A stretch of DNA of 64,000 nt, taken from positions 712 through 64,711 of the forward strand of contig CAJTJB010000004.1 of NCBI GenBank assembly GCA_910576955.1, written 5' to 3'. The notes beneath the pieces are model-generated. The model searched no databases. It had not been told where the DNA came from and was given only the letters and a program-made list of their open reading frames with translations. The translations under genes and the position numbers were made by a program. Source of the stretch: an uncultured Alphaproteobacteria bacterium. GTDB lineage: Bacteria; Pseudomonadota; Alphaproteobacteria; RF32; CAG-239. Of this stretch, positions 46,929 through 57,286 are shown in pieces. Each line of letters opens with the position of its first letter. The stretch's first letter is position 1.

Positions 46929-48173
46929 ATGAAAATGAATGCGCAGCCGGTTCGCGGCACGAAAGATTTTTTGCCCAAAGAGGTGGAACTTCGCGATTAT
47001 GTGCGGGGAAAAATTGAACAAACGTATAAAGCGTTCGGGTTTAACAAAATCCATACGCCGATTATGGAAGATATCGAGCGTTTGAACAAAAGCGACGGCG
47101 GCGAAAACCTTGCAATGATTTTCAAACTCTTGAAACGCGGGCAAAAACTCGACCTTTCCAAGCCGGATTTGACCGAGGACGATTTGGTGGACAGCGGGTT
47201 GCGCTATGATCTGACAATGCCGCTCTCGCGTTATTTTGCCAACAACCGGCAGTTTTTGAATATGCCGTTTAAATCTATTCAGATTGATCAGGTGTTTCGT
47301 GCCGAACGTCCGCAAAAGGGGCGGCTGCGCGAGTTTTTCCAGTGCGATATTGATATTATCGGCGACAGCTCGGTTAATGCCGAGATGGAGCTGATTGCGG
47401 CAACCACGGCGGCGCTTGATACCATCGGATTTAACGATTTTGTTATCCGCATTAACGACCGGCGGATTTTGACCGATATGATTTTGGGCGCGGGGTTTGC
47501 CGCCGATGACGTGATGAGCGTCTGCATTATCTTTGACAAGCTGGATAAAATCGGGCTGGAGGGCGTGAAAGCCGAGCTGTTGGAAAAAGAATACGCGCCG
47601 GCGGTTGTTGAGAAATTTATGGCGATGATTAGCGATGCGGAGGGCGATGCATTAGCGGCTGCGGAGAAGTATTGCCAAAACGCCGAGGTGGTTGCAAATT
47701 TGCGAAAAGTGCTCGACTATGCGAATGCGATTGCAAACGGCAAATATAAAGCCGTGTATGACAAATCGCTGGTGCGCGGAATGGGCTATTATACCGGTAT
47801 GGTGTTTGAGATTGCCACGCCGAAGTTCGGCTCGTCGGTCGGCGGCGGCGGGCGCTATGACGAGATGATTGGCAAATTCTCGGGCGAATCGGTGCCTGCA
47901 GTCGGCTTTTCCATCGGGTTTGAACGCGTGTGTGCGATTTTGTTGGACGAGGGGTTTGTGCCGCCGTCAGAGGAAAAGGTTGTGCTTGCATATAATGCGG
48001 AAGATGATTTTGCCGCAGTAACGGCGAAAATCCGCGCGTTGCAGGCGGAGGGCAAAATTGTGACCGCCTTAAAACGCTCCAAGAAATTCGGCAAGCAGGT
48101 TGATGTGTTGGTAGCAGGCGGCTACACGCAGATGGTGAACTTTGCCGACGGCAGCGTTAAACAGCTGGGGTAG
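46929..48173 (+). CDS. hisS: histidine--tRNA ligase
   Basis: Start at MKMNAQPVRGTKDFLP (HisRS N-terminal RGT.D.LP motif), class II motifs, GGGGRYD motif 3 region, C-terminal anticodon-binding domain. Confidence 0.9.
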   Translation: MKMNAQPVRGTKDFLPKEVELRDYVRGKIEQTYKAFGFNKIHTPIMEDIERLNKSDGGENLAMIFKLLKRGQKLDLSKPDLTEDDLVDSGLRYDLTMPLSRYFANNRQFLNMPFKSIQIDQVFRAERPQKGRLREFFQCDIDIIGDSSVNAEMELIAATTAALDTIGFNDFVIRINDRRILTDMILGAGFAADDVMSVCIIFDKLDKIGLEGVKAELLEKEYAPAVVEKFMAMISDAEGDALAAAEKYCQNAEVVANLRKVLDYANAIANGKYKAVYDKSLVRGMGYYTGMVFEIATPKFGSSVGGGGRYDEMIGKFSGESVPAVGFSIGFERVCAILLDEGFVPPSEEKVVLAYNAEDDFAAVTAKIRALQAEGKIVTALKRSKKFGKQVDVLVAGGYTQMVNFADGSVKQLG

Positions 48174-48179
48174 TTTAAG

Positions 48180-48350
48180 ACTTATTGTTGTCCCCATCCC
48201 CCTTACCCCTTCCGCCGGGGAAGGGGAGGTTATGTTGCGAGGTTTCCCTCCCCCCTTGGCGGGGGAGGATAGGAGAGGGGGAAGTTATGGATTCAATGTT
48301 GTCCCCATCCCCCTTACCCCTTCCGCTGAGGGAAGGGGAGGAGATGGAGG
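48180..48350. repeat. three G/C palindromes (CCCTTACCCCTTCCGC.G.GGAAGGGGAGG type) after hisS
   Basis: Same family as 8668-8775. Confidence 0.7.
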
Positions 48351-48399
48351 CAGTTGCAGAAAAAAAACACAGCGCTCGGGGGAGGGCTGTGTTTTTCTT

Positions 48400-48957
48400 T
48401 TATCGGCGCTCGTAGAGGCGGATTTGCTGCGGAGTGCCGAGTTCGTACAGAACTTGCTTCGCAGGCGTGCGGAGGTTTCCGTATTTCAGGCAGACCTCAA
48501 GCAGTTCGGCTGCATTGTCAGACGTGGGGGCGTCTTCGAAGAGCTTGCGCAATGCCACGGGGGCAATTGTCGGCGAGAAAGTCTTAATCTGATAGATTAA
48601 GGCTTCTTGGCTGCTTGCGTCATTGCCGATAATGACCGGCCAGAGTGCGTTAGACAAGAAACGGTCGACTTTCAACAGCTCGTTAAGCGAGTATTTACCC
48701 GCTTGTTGATAGAGCTTTTTGAGCTTTCCGCGGGTTGTTTGCTCAAACATCTCGAAAATGTCGTTGTAGCCGTAGAGCTTGTTGCCTTGCCCCTTTTCAA
48801 TGTAGCTGTCTTCAAGACCGCTCCAATTAAAGAGGTTTTTATACGCCTGCTCCAGTTCGGGGTCGCCGAACTTGCGAATTTGCTGGATTATGTGTTGCTG
48901 ATTTCTCTTATTAGCAATGTAATCCATAGCGTTGTTCCGTGAGTTGTTTTTTTTCAT
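48400..48957 (-). CDS. hypothetical protein (185 aa)
   Basis: ORF; no SD; no domain. Confidence 0.5.
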   Translation of the reverse strand: MKKNNSRNNAMDYIANKRNQQHIIQQIRKFGDPELEQAYKNLFNWSGLEDSYIEKGQGNKLYGYNDIFEMFEQTTRGKLKKLYQQAGKYSLNELLKVDRFLSNALWPVIIGNDASSQEALIYQIKTFSPTIAPVALRKLFEDAPTSDNAAELLEVCLKYGNLRTPAKQVLYELGTPQQIRLYERR

Positions 48958-49165
48958 AATAGTAATTGTTTAAATTCCACATAGACAATGTTCTCAACGA
49001 TTGCCTGATACTTTTCCCATAATAATTAAAATTCTAGTCAAAAATAGTACAAAAATTTTCAATGTCAAGATGTTTTTGTATAAATTTGCTTTTTGTTTGC
49101 GGCGGGCATAAAAAAAGCCTCCCTTTGCAGGGGGGGGCTTTTTGGTGTGGACCGATTCGGGCGGA

Positions 49166-49870
49166 TTAACCGCGGCGGCTGAAGAATGCGGCAAGAACTT
49201 CCTTGTTTACATTGTTCAGGGCTGCCTGTGCTTTGTCTTCGGCGTAAAGAGCCATCAGCTTGCGCAGGTATGCGGGGGCGACGCTCTTGATGAACGGCGG
49301 GTAAGTTTCCTGCTCGGCGAGCTCAAGCATCGAGAGCAGGGCTGCTTTTACCGCTTTGGCGCTTAAGCCGTCTAATAACGGCAGAAACGCTTTGTTGCCT
49401 TGAGTTGCCTCGGCGTTGACCAGTTCTGCGAAAAGATTTTTGGCGTAGAACTGCTCGAAAACCTTTTGGGCAGTGAGGAGAACCGTGTTGAACGAACCGT
49501 TGCGGCTGATATATTCTTCTACCGCGGCATCACGCAGAGGCGCAAGGACGGCATTGCTCATATGATACAGCACTCTTTTGCCGAACTGACCGTAGCTGGC
49601 GTCATAGGCGGCAATCTTGGCCTGGATGCAGGCGTCGTGAAACAGCTTGTCGAGAACGACAGTGATGCACTTTGCGAGTATGCCGGCAGCTTTTTCGGGG
49701 GTCAGCTCGTGCAGGTTTTTGCCCGAAACCGCCATAATATTGTAGGTGGCGAGCTCGGTGGCGACGGCTTGTTCCGCTTCGTTGTTTAGACGGTTGCGGA
49801 AATCGGTTTGGAAGTGCTTGAAAGCGGCTTCTTTGAGGGCGGCTTCCATTACTTTTTTAATTTGCGTCAT
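49166..49870 (-). CDS. hypothetical alpha-helical protein (234 aa)
   Basis: ORF; no SD; no domain. Confidence 0.5.
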   Translation of the reverse strand: MTQIKKVMEAALKEAAFKHFQTDFRNRLNNEAEQAVATELATYNIMAVSGKNLHELTPEKAAGILAKCITVVLDKLFHDACIQAKIAAYDASYGQFGKRVLYHMSNAVLAPLRDAAVEEYISRNGSFNTVLLTAQKVFEQFYAKNLFAELVNAEATQGNKAFLPLLDGLSAKAVKAALLSMLELAEQETYPPFIKSVAPAYLRKLMALYAEDKAQAALNNVNKEVLAAFFSRRG

Positions 49871-50015
49871 TGAACAACAAATTTTATTTATTAAACATTT
49901 GTGAACTTATAACCAAACTTCCCGGTCGGTGGTGTTTATAATAGGGATAATAATTGGTTGATGGGGCTAATATACAGCATTTGGAAATTTTGTCAACATT
50001 TTTTTGAAAAATATT

Positions 50016-51401
50016 TTAATATGATTTTCCGCACCAGCGGATAGGGAGGGCGCTGTTGTGCGTTTGCTGCTGTTTGGGGGCGGGCGTATCCATCCCGATA
50101 GATTGGTATAACGCTTCGGCAAAGTCATCTATGCTATGGCTGTCGCAACGGGCAGCTTCAATCTCTGTTGCTATATGTTGCATCTGCTGCTGCCATTCGG
50201 GATTGCTGCGGGAACGGCTGCGCAGGTATTCGATGTTCCAGCGGGATAAGTCTTTGGGGAGGTGAATTTGATCTTCCAGCCGCAATAGTTTGTCTTCTGC
50301 CTCGCCTTTTTCCGTGACGGTATAGGCGCAGCGCTCTTTTTTGACGGTTGCTGCATTATCCGCAATTTTGAGTTGGGTGTCGACGGTTTCGTCTATCTTG
50401 CGTGTTAAATAGCCGTAGATGCCGAGGTCTTCTTTCGATTCCGCTATTGCACGCTTGCAAGCCGGTTGGTCGGAAGATGGCAGCTCTTTGGCGATGAATG
50501 ATTCGGGGTGCAGCTCTGATGGTGCGATATACTCATTTGAACCGAATCGGCGCATATCCGAGAGGGTGCCGATGCCGCCACCACCTCCGCCGCCCGGAGG
50601 ATCGTCATCGCCGTTACCGCCGCCACCTCCGCCGCCCGGAGGATCATCGTCGTCGTTACCGCCTCCGCCACTCGGAGGATCGTCATCGCCGTTACCGTTT
50701 TGAATGTTTTTAAGCGTGGCGTTGATTCTTTTGATTTCGTCACTGTTGTTATATAAAAATTCGGCGTTTTCGGAGATAAAGATTTTTATTTGTTTGGAAA
50801 TTTGCTTTTTTTCTTCTTCGGTTCGGGCATTTTTCAATTGCTCTGTCAAGATGGCTAATTGTTCGATGATGTTAATGGTTTCAGCCTGCCTGATGGCGGG
50901 GGCTGCCTGTTCTTCGGTGATGCCGACGCTTTCCAATTTGGCGCAGTATATAAAGCCTTGTTCCTGACGCATAACCGCACGGCGGGTGTTTTCTTCATTA
51001 TAGCCGGAGCGGCGCAGCTTTTTTTCATATTCGGCAAGCGCTTGCTCGGGCTGTATGCTGTAAACCATATTCGGCAGGTTTTCGGCATATTGCATCCGCA
51101 GGGCGACAATCTCGTTGTTTTGGTAGATGAGGTTTTGAAAGACGAGCTCGGTTGCGAGATTGCAAAAATCTTGCGGGGAGAGCTGACCGCTTAACACTTC
51201 GCGGGGGAGTGCGCCGTTGTAATAGGTGATAATCCACGGGGCGCGGGCGCTGATATATTTCCAGACCAGAAAGGGACTGTCGTGGCGCGATCTGATGGCA
51301 TAGAGCGCGTCTTCCTTGATGTCGGGCTGATTAATCCGATCATAGTCGTAACGGCAGTTGCCTTTGAGGTAAGCTTTGAAATCTTCCAAATCGTCAATCA
51401 T
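50016..51401 (-). CDS. hypothetical protein (461 aa) with internal (N)GDDDPPGGGGGGG triplicated repeat
   Basis: Long ORF; central low-complexity repeat encoded by a 42-nt tandem repeat x3. Confidence 0.55.
   Translation of the reverse strand: MIDDLEDFKAYLKGNCRYDYDRINQPDIKEDALYAIRSRHDSPFLVWKYISARAPWIITYYNGALPREVLSGQLSPQDFCNLATELVFQNLIYQNNEIVALRMQYAENLPNMVYSIQPEQALAEYEKKLRRSGYNEENTRRAVMRQEQGFIYCAKLESVGITEEQAAPAIRQAETINIIEQLAILTEQLKNARTEEEKKQISKQIKIFISENAEFLYNNSDEIKRINATLKNIQNGNGDDDPPSGGGGNDDDDPPGGGGGGGNGDDDPPGGGGGGGIGTLSDMRRFGSNEYIAPSELHPESFIAKELPSSDQPACKRAIAESKEDLGIYGYLTRKIDETVDTQLKIADNAATVKKERCAYTVTEKGEAEDKLLRLEDQIHLPKDLSRWNIEYLRSRSRSNPEWQQQMQHIATEIEAARCDSHSIDDFAEALYQSIGMDTPAPKQQQTHNSALPIRWCGKSY
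50575..50700. repeat. intragenic 42-nt tandem repeat x3 (CCGCCACCTCCGCCGCCCGGAGGATCGTCATCGCCGTTACCG)
   Basis: Three consecutive imperfect copies inside 50016..51401. Confidence 0.8.
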
Positions 51402-51479
51402 CGCGGCGTTCCCAAAAGATTAAATTTAGATTAGTATATCATACTTTTGGCGGTGTGTCAAAGGATAATTTGCAGCCTT

Positions 51480-51645
51480 TTTGCCGAGGGGCGGGGACGA
51501 CAGCGGGAGATCCCTTGAGTGGCAGCGCCACCTGCAACGATTCGAGGGATGACGCCCAACTTGTTGGGGTAAATAAAGAGGGGAGGGGGTTGCCGCAAGG
51601 GATTCCTCCCCCCGGGGCGGGGGAGGATAGGAGAGGGGGAGGTGT
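51480..51645. repeat. repeat block (GGGAGATCCCTTGA..CGAGGGATGACGCCCAACTTGTTGGGG + CCTCCCCCCGGGGCGGGGGAGG)
   Basis: Dispersed families. Confidence 0.7.
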
Positions 51646-52331
51646 TGGAGCTATATGAAGAGGTGGCAGTTGCAACAAAGGTGATTGGGAATATAAAAAA
51701 ACGCTGTCTTTCCGGTGAGGGAAAGAGCAGCGTTATAGGGTTCGCGGGGTTACAGTCCCAGCATCTCCTTGATGGCGGAGATGGGCTCAGCGAGCTCGGG
51801 CATCTCTGCCACCTTGGCATCAAGGAGCGATGCCATACCGGCGAGCTGCTTGTCGCTTAACTCGCTGGGGTTTTGAAATATCAACACCAGAGCGGCGTCG
51901 ATATTGATGTTTGAACTGTTCACGCGGGGGGATGTTTTTGTTGCCATAGTGATGGGGTTTAGAGTTAAACATTTTTGTCATTGTGCAAATAAGTGATAAT
52001 CTGTAAAGAACATCGACAAACGCATAACTAACCCCGAGAAAACTCAAAGAAAACTACACATCCACCAAAATAATACAGATAATTACTTATTTACTGTCTG
52101 TCACTATATCACATTTTTTGGGGTTTGGCAAGCAAAAAAGTGAATGGATAGTTAAAAAAATGCTTTACATTTTGTTTTTTTGTGGTATGTAAAGCAAGCT
52201 TTGTATGGGGATGAGAATCGTTTGCGCGGTTTAAACCTCTGAAAAAGCATAATTAATCCCGTGGGGGAAGATAGCCAAATTTCTAACCACGGACCTTTTG
52301 AGAATAACAATTTTAGAATTGAGGTATTAAA

Positions 52332-52769
52332 ATGGCTAAGTCTAAAAAGAAAATTTTAGGTTTAATCAAGCTTCAAATTCCGGCAGGCAAGGCAAACCCG
52401 TCTCCTCCGGTTGGTCCTGCTTTGGGTCAAAAAGGCTTGAATATTATGGAATTCTGCAAGGCGTTTAACGCAGCAACACAAAGCTTGGAACCGGGTATTC
52501 CGACGCCGGTTATCATTACAGCTTACGAAGACAAGAGCTTTACGTTTGTTACAAAGCTTCCTCCGGTTTCTTATTATATTAAGAAAGCTGCAGGCGTTAA
52601 ATCCGCTTCCAAAACTCCGGGCAAAGAGTATGCCGGCAAAATCACTATGGCGCAGGTAAAAGAAATCGCCGAAGCCAAATTGCCGGATTTGAACTGCGCA
52701 ACAGTCGAATCAGCTATGAATATGGTTAAAGGTCAGGCTGTTTCTATGGGTATTCAGGTAACGGAGTAA
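52332..52769 (+). CDS. rplK: 50S ribosomal protein L11
   Basis: [47 protein letters not shown]..., AGGTATTAAA-ATG context. Confidence 0.95.
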   Translation: MAKSKKKILGLIKLQIPAGKANPSPPVGPALGQKGLNIMEFCKAFNAATQSLEPGIPTPVIITAYEDKSFTFVTKLPPVSYYIKKAAGVKSASKTPGKEYAGKITMAQVKEIAEAKLPDLNCATVESAMNMVKGQAVSMGIQVTE

Positions 52770-52773
52770 GGCG

Positions 52774-53457
52774 ATGACAGGAAAAAGATTAGTAAACGCT
52801 TACAAGAACGTAGATAAAAATAAAAGCTACTCTTTGAAAGATGCTATCGCATTGGTTAAGGCTAATGCCGTTGCAAAATTTGACGAAACAATCGATTTGG
52901 CAATCAACCTCGGTGTTGACCCGAAATATGCTGACCAGATGGTTCGCGGCGTATGCGGGCTGCCGCACGGAAACGGCAAGAAAATCCGCGTTGCAGTTAT
53001 GGCTCAAGGCGAAAAGGCTGACGAGGCTAAAGCTGCTGGCGCTGATATCGTTGGTGCTGAAAATCTGGTTGATTCCATCTTGGCAGGCAAAATTGATTTT
53101 GACCGCTGCATTGCTACGCCGGATATGATGGGCTTGGCAGGGCGTGTTGCCCGCGTTTTGGGTCCGAAAGGCTTGATGCCGAACCCGAAACTCGGCACCG
53201 TTACGATGGATGTTGCCAATGCTGTTAAAAAGGCAAAAGCAGGCGAAGTTCAGTTCCGTGTTGAAAAGAACGGTATTGTTCACGCCGGTATTGCAAAAGC
53301 CTCTTTTGACGAAGAGAAAATTTATGACAACGCAAAAGTTTTCATTGAAACAATCTTGAAAGCTAAACCGCAAACCCTCAAAGGCACATACTTGAAGAAG
53401 ATTTCTTTGAGCTCGACGATGGGTGTTGGCGTGCGCGTTGACGCATCTTCCTTATAG
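52774..53457 (+). CDS. rplA: 50S ribosomal protein L1
   Basis: Full-length L1, 4-bp spacer after rplK. Confidence 0.95.
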   Translation: MTGKRLVNAYKNVDKNKSYSLKDAIALVKANAVAKFDETIDLAINLGVDPKYADQMVRGVCGLPHGNGKKIRVAVMAQGEKADEAKAAGADIVGAENLVDSILAGKIDFDRCIATPDMMGLAGRVARVLGPKGLMPNPKLGTVTMDVANAVKKAKAGEVQFRVEKNGIVHAGIAKASFDEEKIYDNAKVFIETILKAKPQTLKGTYLKKISLSSTMGVGVRVDASSL

Positions 53458-53461
53458 GGGG

Positions 53462-53610
53462 CGCGCAAAAGCACAATCATTGCGGTGAATTCCCTCCTTT
53501 ATGTACCGATTATGTACACCGCAGTCGGGAATTCGCTGCAAGCATTGCACTTTATCGCACCCTTGGCTACGCAGGGCTTTGCCCTGCTTTTTGTTTATGA
53601 AAATTTTAGC
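53462..53610 (+). repeat. ~140-bp structured element ending in intrinsic terminator (GCAGGGC-TTT-GCCCTGC + T5GTTT); paralog of 41680..41845
   Basis: See paired feature; occupies the position where rplJ leader would normally be but no rplJ follows. Confidence 0.6.
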
Positions 53611-53762
53611 GTTTTTACTCTACTATAATAGCGAGTCGGTTTGGCTCGCTTTTTTGTTGGTGCTTTGGGAGGGGGGAATATTGCGGAGGGGCAATCATCC
53701 TCTTTTTTAGTCATTGCGAGGAGCGAAGCGACGTGGCAATCTTTGGAGAGTATGGCAGGCGG

Positions 53763-54623
53763 TTAATAGCTGATTGTGACAGTATAACTTCCGCTATATT
53801 CACCGGCAGGAATTTTGGCAGGAACATTCAGCGTGGCACCGACGCGCATTCTTTGTTGTTCGGCATTAAGCATAAAGGCATTGCCGGTGTCGGCATTGAA
53901 ATTATTTACAGTCATTCCCCTGCCCATATCCACACTGTCGGGAAAGGTTACGTTTATTCTGGTGCCGGCAGCGCCTTCAACTTGAAATTCGCCGTTTGCT
54001 GCTGATTTGGAAGATACAAAGGATATTCCGTTTGGCGTGCGGTTGCCGTTATAATCCAGCGTTACGGTGCTGTTGGTATTCGGTGATATCAGTTCGCCAA
54101 AATTCATCGGGGCAATTTGTTTGATGCCGACAATAGTTCCGGCGCCTTCTCCGATGGTGATGGAAACTGGCATATTTGTATTTAGCTCGTCATTTAAAGG
54201 AATAGTCTGGCTGTAGGTTCCGTTAGCGCAAGTACCGTTGATGATTATGACGGCTGTTATATTGACGTCTTTGGTTCCTTGGAAGTTATTTAAGCTGCCA
54301 TCAAAGCTGGGGACGATATTTACCCAATTGATGGTGCAACCATTGCCTTCAGTTGTTATCATGGGTGGCGGGTTTAAGTTTATTGTTGCGGTTTCGCCGT
54401 CTGGAACGGAATATCTTACTTTGCCGACATGACCGTTTGAAAGGACTGTGGCGTTTTGTATGTCTGTAAATTCGCTGTTTGTATATAGCGTAATTACTGT
54501 AAATTCGCCGGTTTGCAATATCTTTCCGAAACTCATCTGTTGTATCACCGAAGATGTTGCCGCGGCAAAACAGTTTGCTGACATCAGCATCAGCCCGAAA
54601 GCTATTTGAAATATTTTTGACAT
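53763..54623 (-). CDS. secreted beta-rich protein (DUF4402/spore-coat-U-like fimbrial-type fold suspected)
   Basis: Signal peptide MSKIFQIAFGLMLMSANCFAA; Thr/Asn/Gly-rich; C-terminal ..GSYTVTISY strand. Confidence 0.55.
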   Translation of the reverse strand: MSKIFQIAFGLMLMSANCFAAATSSVIQQMSFGKILQTGEFTVITLYTNSEFTDIQNATVLSNGHVGKVRYSVPDGETATINLNPPPMITTEGNGCTINWVNIVPSFDGSLNNFQGTKDVNITAVIIINGTCANGTYSQTIPLNDELNTNMPVSITIGEGAGTIVGIKQIAPMNFGELISPNTNSTVTLDYNGNRTPNGISFVSSKSAANGEFQVEGAAGTRINVTFPDSVDMGRGMTVNNFNADTGNAFMLNAEQQRMRVGATLNVPAKIPAGEYSGSYTVTISY

Positions 54624-54852
54624 TGCAACTCACTTGGCTAAAAAATACGACCGTTTTATTTATACGTTAAAATCTTTTTTCAAACAAGCTTAAAGTATTG
54701 TTTTTACACAATGACAAAAAATACAAAATTGCTATAAAAAAACGGTCGTATTTTTTAAGCAGTTTTATGGGGAGCATAAAAAAAGACCGGCGTACGAGTG
54801 CCGGTCTGTCTGTTGTTTTTCTGGTATGGTATTTAAGGTAAAAAGATTGAGG

Positions 54853-55197
54853 TTATTCATCATCTTCTTCCGCAACCACCGCAGGCTTTTTGCGCTTGCG
54901 GACCTTGGCCTTGAGGCAGGCTTCCGTTGTGACGGGTTTTCCGACAACAACGCGCTTGTCGCTGTCAGCGATAAACTTGCGCTGTCGGTCTGCCCAGTTG
55001 ATAACCCAGCCGGTTGTTCCGTCTTCCTTGACAGCCTTAACGGCGCCGAGGATTTTCTTGTTGTCGCCGCGGCGGACTTCATAGAAGCCGTAGGTTGCGG
55101 GCACGAGGGTTATGTGACGGGGAGCTGCGTATGCCTCAAATTTTTCGATACAAACGCCCATCGAAGAGTTCTGATAGGCTACATTTTTCTTTGCCAT
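54853..55197 (-). CDS. small basic protein with Lys-rich acidic-ended tail (KVRKRKKPAVVAEEDDE)
   Basis: Start at internal ATG (MAKKNVAY); ORF-track start is GTG further upstream. Confidence 0.45.
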   Translation of the reverse strand: MAKKNVAYQNSSMGVCIEKFEAYAAPRHITLVPATYGFYEVRRGDNKKILGAVKAVKEDGTTGWVINWADRQRKFIADSDKRVVVGKPVTTEACLKAKVRKRKKPAVVAEEDDE

Positions 55198-55384
55198 AAT
55201 TATATAGTTTATGAGTTTAACATAATGCTTAAGGTGAAACTTGTTCGACCTGAAACATAGTAATTTATTTATTGAAACAGACAATATCACAATTTTGCGA
55301 GCTTGTCAACACTAAAAATGACAAATTTTACAAAAATTTTGACAAAACACTTATTTTTCAAGGAGATGGGGAAATTGAGATGCT

Positions 55385-55870
55385 ATGGGAGATCCCTTGA
55401 CGAATGGCTATGCCATTCGAGGGATAACATTAGGCGGGGGAATTAAAGGAGGGAGAGATTCGGTCCGAGCCTTTCAGAGGGAGGCGATAAAAGGAATGCT
55501 ATGCATAGATATGGATTGCTTCGGTTATTGCCTTACGGCTTACCTCGCAATGACTATTAAACGCGAGTCATTGCTAGGAGCGGAGCGACGCAGCAATCTT
55601 TGGAGAGCAGGGAAGATAAGGAATGCTATGCATAGATATGGATTGCTTCGGTTATTGCCTTACGGCTTACCTCGCAATGACTTGCGGTTAGGTAGTCATT
55701 GCGAGGCTTGTTTACAAGCCGTGGCAATCTCATTCGGCAAGAGTATACCAAACTCTCATAAGATTGCTTCGTCGGACAGTGTCCTCCTCGCAATGACTGC
55801 CAGCGGCAGCTGCATAATTTTAGCTGCGGCGGACAGAAAGGAAACGTTTGAGGGTCTCTTTGCTTAAAAC
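55385..55870. repeat. repeat-dense region: GGGAGATCCCTTGA..CGAGGGATAAC unit, 127-bp tandem duplication (55491..55617 / 55618..55744), five GTCATTGCGAGG-family copies in alternating orientation
   Basis: Direct read; ORF 55385..55867 is repeat-derived. Confidence 0.8.
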
Positions 55871-55945
55871 CGCCCATAACTCCCCCTTTTTCTTTGACAG
55901 TCAGAGGATTATATCTTAAAACTATGTGATATAGGAGAAAAAACA

Positions 55946-57277
55946 ATGCGCCGTTTATGGATATTCTTGACATTGGCTCTGTGGCTTGCGGCTCTGCCCG
56001 CCCGCGCCGTCAGTTTGATTTCGGATGAAGAAACCGAAAGCTGGCTTTATGACCTCTTAACCCCGATTTTTAAGGCGGCAAACCTCCCTCTTAACCGCGA
56101 TTATGTGCATATTGTCAAAGACGACAGCCTGAACGCGTTTGTCGGCGACCAAAACCATATGTTCGTGCACACCGGGACTCTCTTAAAAGCGGCAGACAGT
56201 AACGAGATTGAGGGCGTGCTTGCCCATGAAACCGGACACATTCTCGGCGGGCACATCTTAAGGCTTAAAATTAAATTGCAAGATATGCAAAAAGCAACGC
56301 TCGCCTCGCTGATTGCGGCGGCGGGAGCAGCGGCAGCATCGGGACGGGGCGATGCCGCGATTGCGGTTGTGCTCGGCACGCAGAGTTCGGCAATTAACGC
56401 CATCACCTCATATCAGGTCAGCGAAGAGCGGGCGGCAGACGAAACCGCCGTGCTGCTATTAAACAAAAACCATAAATCGGTTAAAGGTCTAAAGAACTTT
56501 ATGCAAAAAATCCAAAACGCCAACCGCATGCAGGGGATAGAGGAAAGCCCATATTTCCGCACCCACCCGGTAACGGTCGAACGCGTGGCATTTTTTAACA
56601 GCAAACTCGCCAAAGAAAACCGCCGCCCCGCCGACAGCGCCATGGATACGCGCTTAAAACGCCTGCAAGCCAAGCTTTATGCCTACCTTGCGCCGCTGCC
56701 CGCCGTGCTGAAACGCTACCCGTTAAGCGATACGTCGGTTGCCGGAAACATTGCCCACGCGGTGTATTATATGCGGCTCAAAAACCTTAATGCCGCACTT
56801 AAATATGCCGATACCCTGATTAAGCTTGAGCCGAAAAACCCGTATTTTCGGGAGATTAAAGCACAGACGCTGTTTGAAAACGGCAAGCTCAAAGAGGCGG
56901 TGCGCGCCTATAAAGAGGCACTGGAACTCAAGCCCTCTTCCGAGCTGTTTAAATTAAGCTATGCCGAGGCGGTGTTAGCGGCAAACCCCACACGCGGCGA
57001 AATGGAAGAGCTGATACCGCTGTTGGAACACGTCAACCGCAATCAGGTTTATCCGACAGCATACCTATACCTCGGGCAGATATATGCTGATATGGGGCGA
57101 GTGGCGGAGGCGGATTATTTTGCCGCGGAATATAACAATGCCATCGGCGAAACCGCCATTGCCCGCCGGCAGCTTGCCAAAGCCTTAAAACAGCCGCTCC
57201 GCGCCGATATCAAGCTCCGCGCCGAAGACCTGAAAGTTAAGCTGGCGCAGGAAGAAAAAAAGAACTCGCTTTTTTAA
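55946..57277 (+). CDS. M48-family periplasmic metalloprotease with C-terminal TPR repeats (BepA-like)
   Basis: Signal peptide; HETGHILGGH zinc motif; TPR-like helical C-terminus. Confidence 0.85.
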   Translation: MRRLWIFLTLALWLAALPARAVSLISDEETESWLYDLLTPIFKAANLPLNRDYVHIVKDDSLNAFVGDQNHMFVHTGTLLKAADSNEIEGVLAHETGHILGGHILRLKIKLQDMQKATLASLIAAAGAAAASGRGDAAIAVVLGTQSSAINAITSYQVSEERAADETAVLLLNKNHKSVKGLKNFMQKIQNANRMQGIEESPYFRTHPVTVERVAFFNSKLAKENRRPADSAMDTRLKRLQAKLYAYLAPLPAVLKRYPLSDTSVAGNIAHAVYYMRLKNLNAALKYADTLIKLEPKNPYFREIKAQTLFENGKLKEAVRAYKEALELKPSSELFKLSYAEAVLAANPTRGEMEELIPLLEHVNRNQVYPTAYLYLGQIYADMGRVAEADYFAAEYNNAIGETAIARRQLAKALKQPLRADIKLRAEDLKVKLAQEEKKNSLF

Positions 57278-57286
57278 GGAACAACA

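Noticed and set aside
50575-50700. Gly-rich repeat in 50016..51401 as a collagen-like domain
   Set aside because: No G-X-Y triplet periodicity; runs of 7 consecutive Gly separated by DDDPP, so just a low-complexity linker encoded by a tandem DNA repeat.
52157-52198. Hairpin GCTTTACAT-N16-ATGTAAAGC upstream of rplK as L1-binding leader
   Set aside because: Cannot match it to the conserved L1-binding motif by eye and no T-run; left uncalled, mentioned only as part of the rplKA context.
53462-53610. Element after rplA as the L10 (rplJ) leader autoregulatory RNA
   Set aside because: No rplJ follows, and a paralogous copy sits after the unrelated MBL hydrolase gene (41680-41845); more consistent with a mobile structured terminator element.
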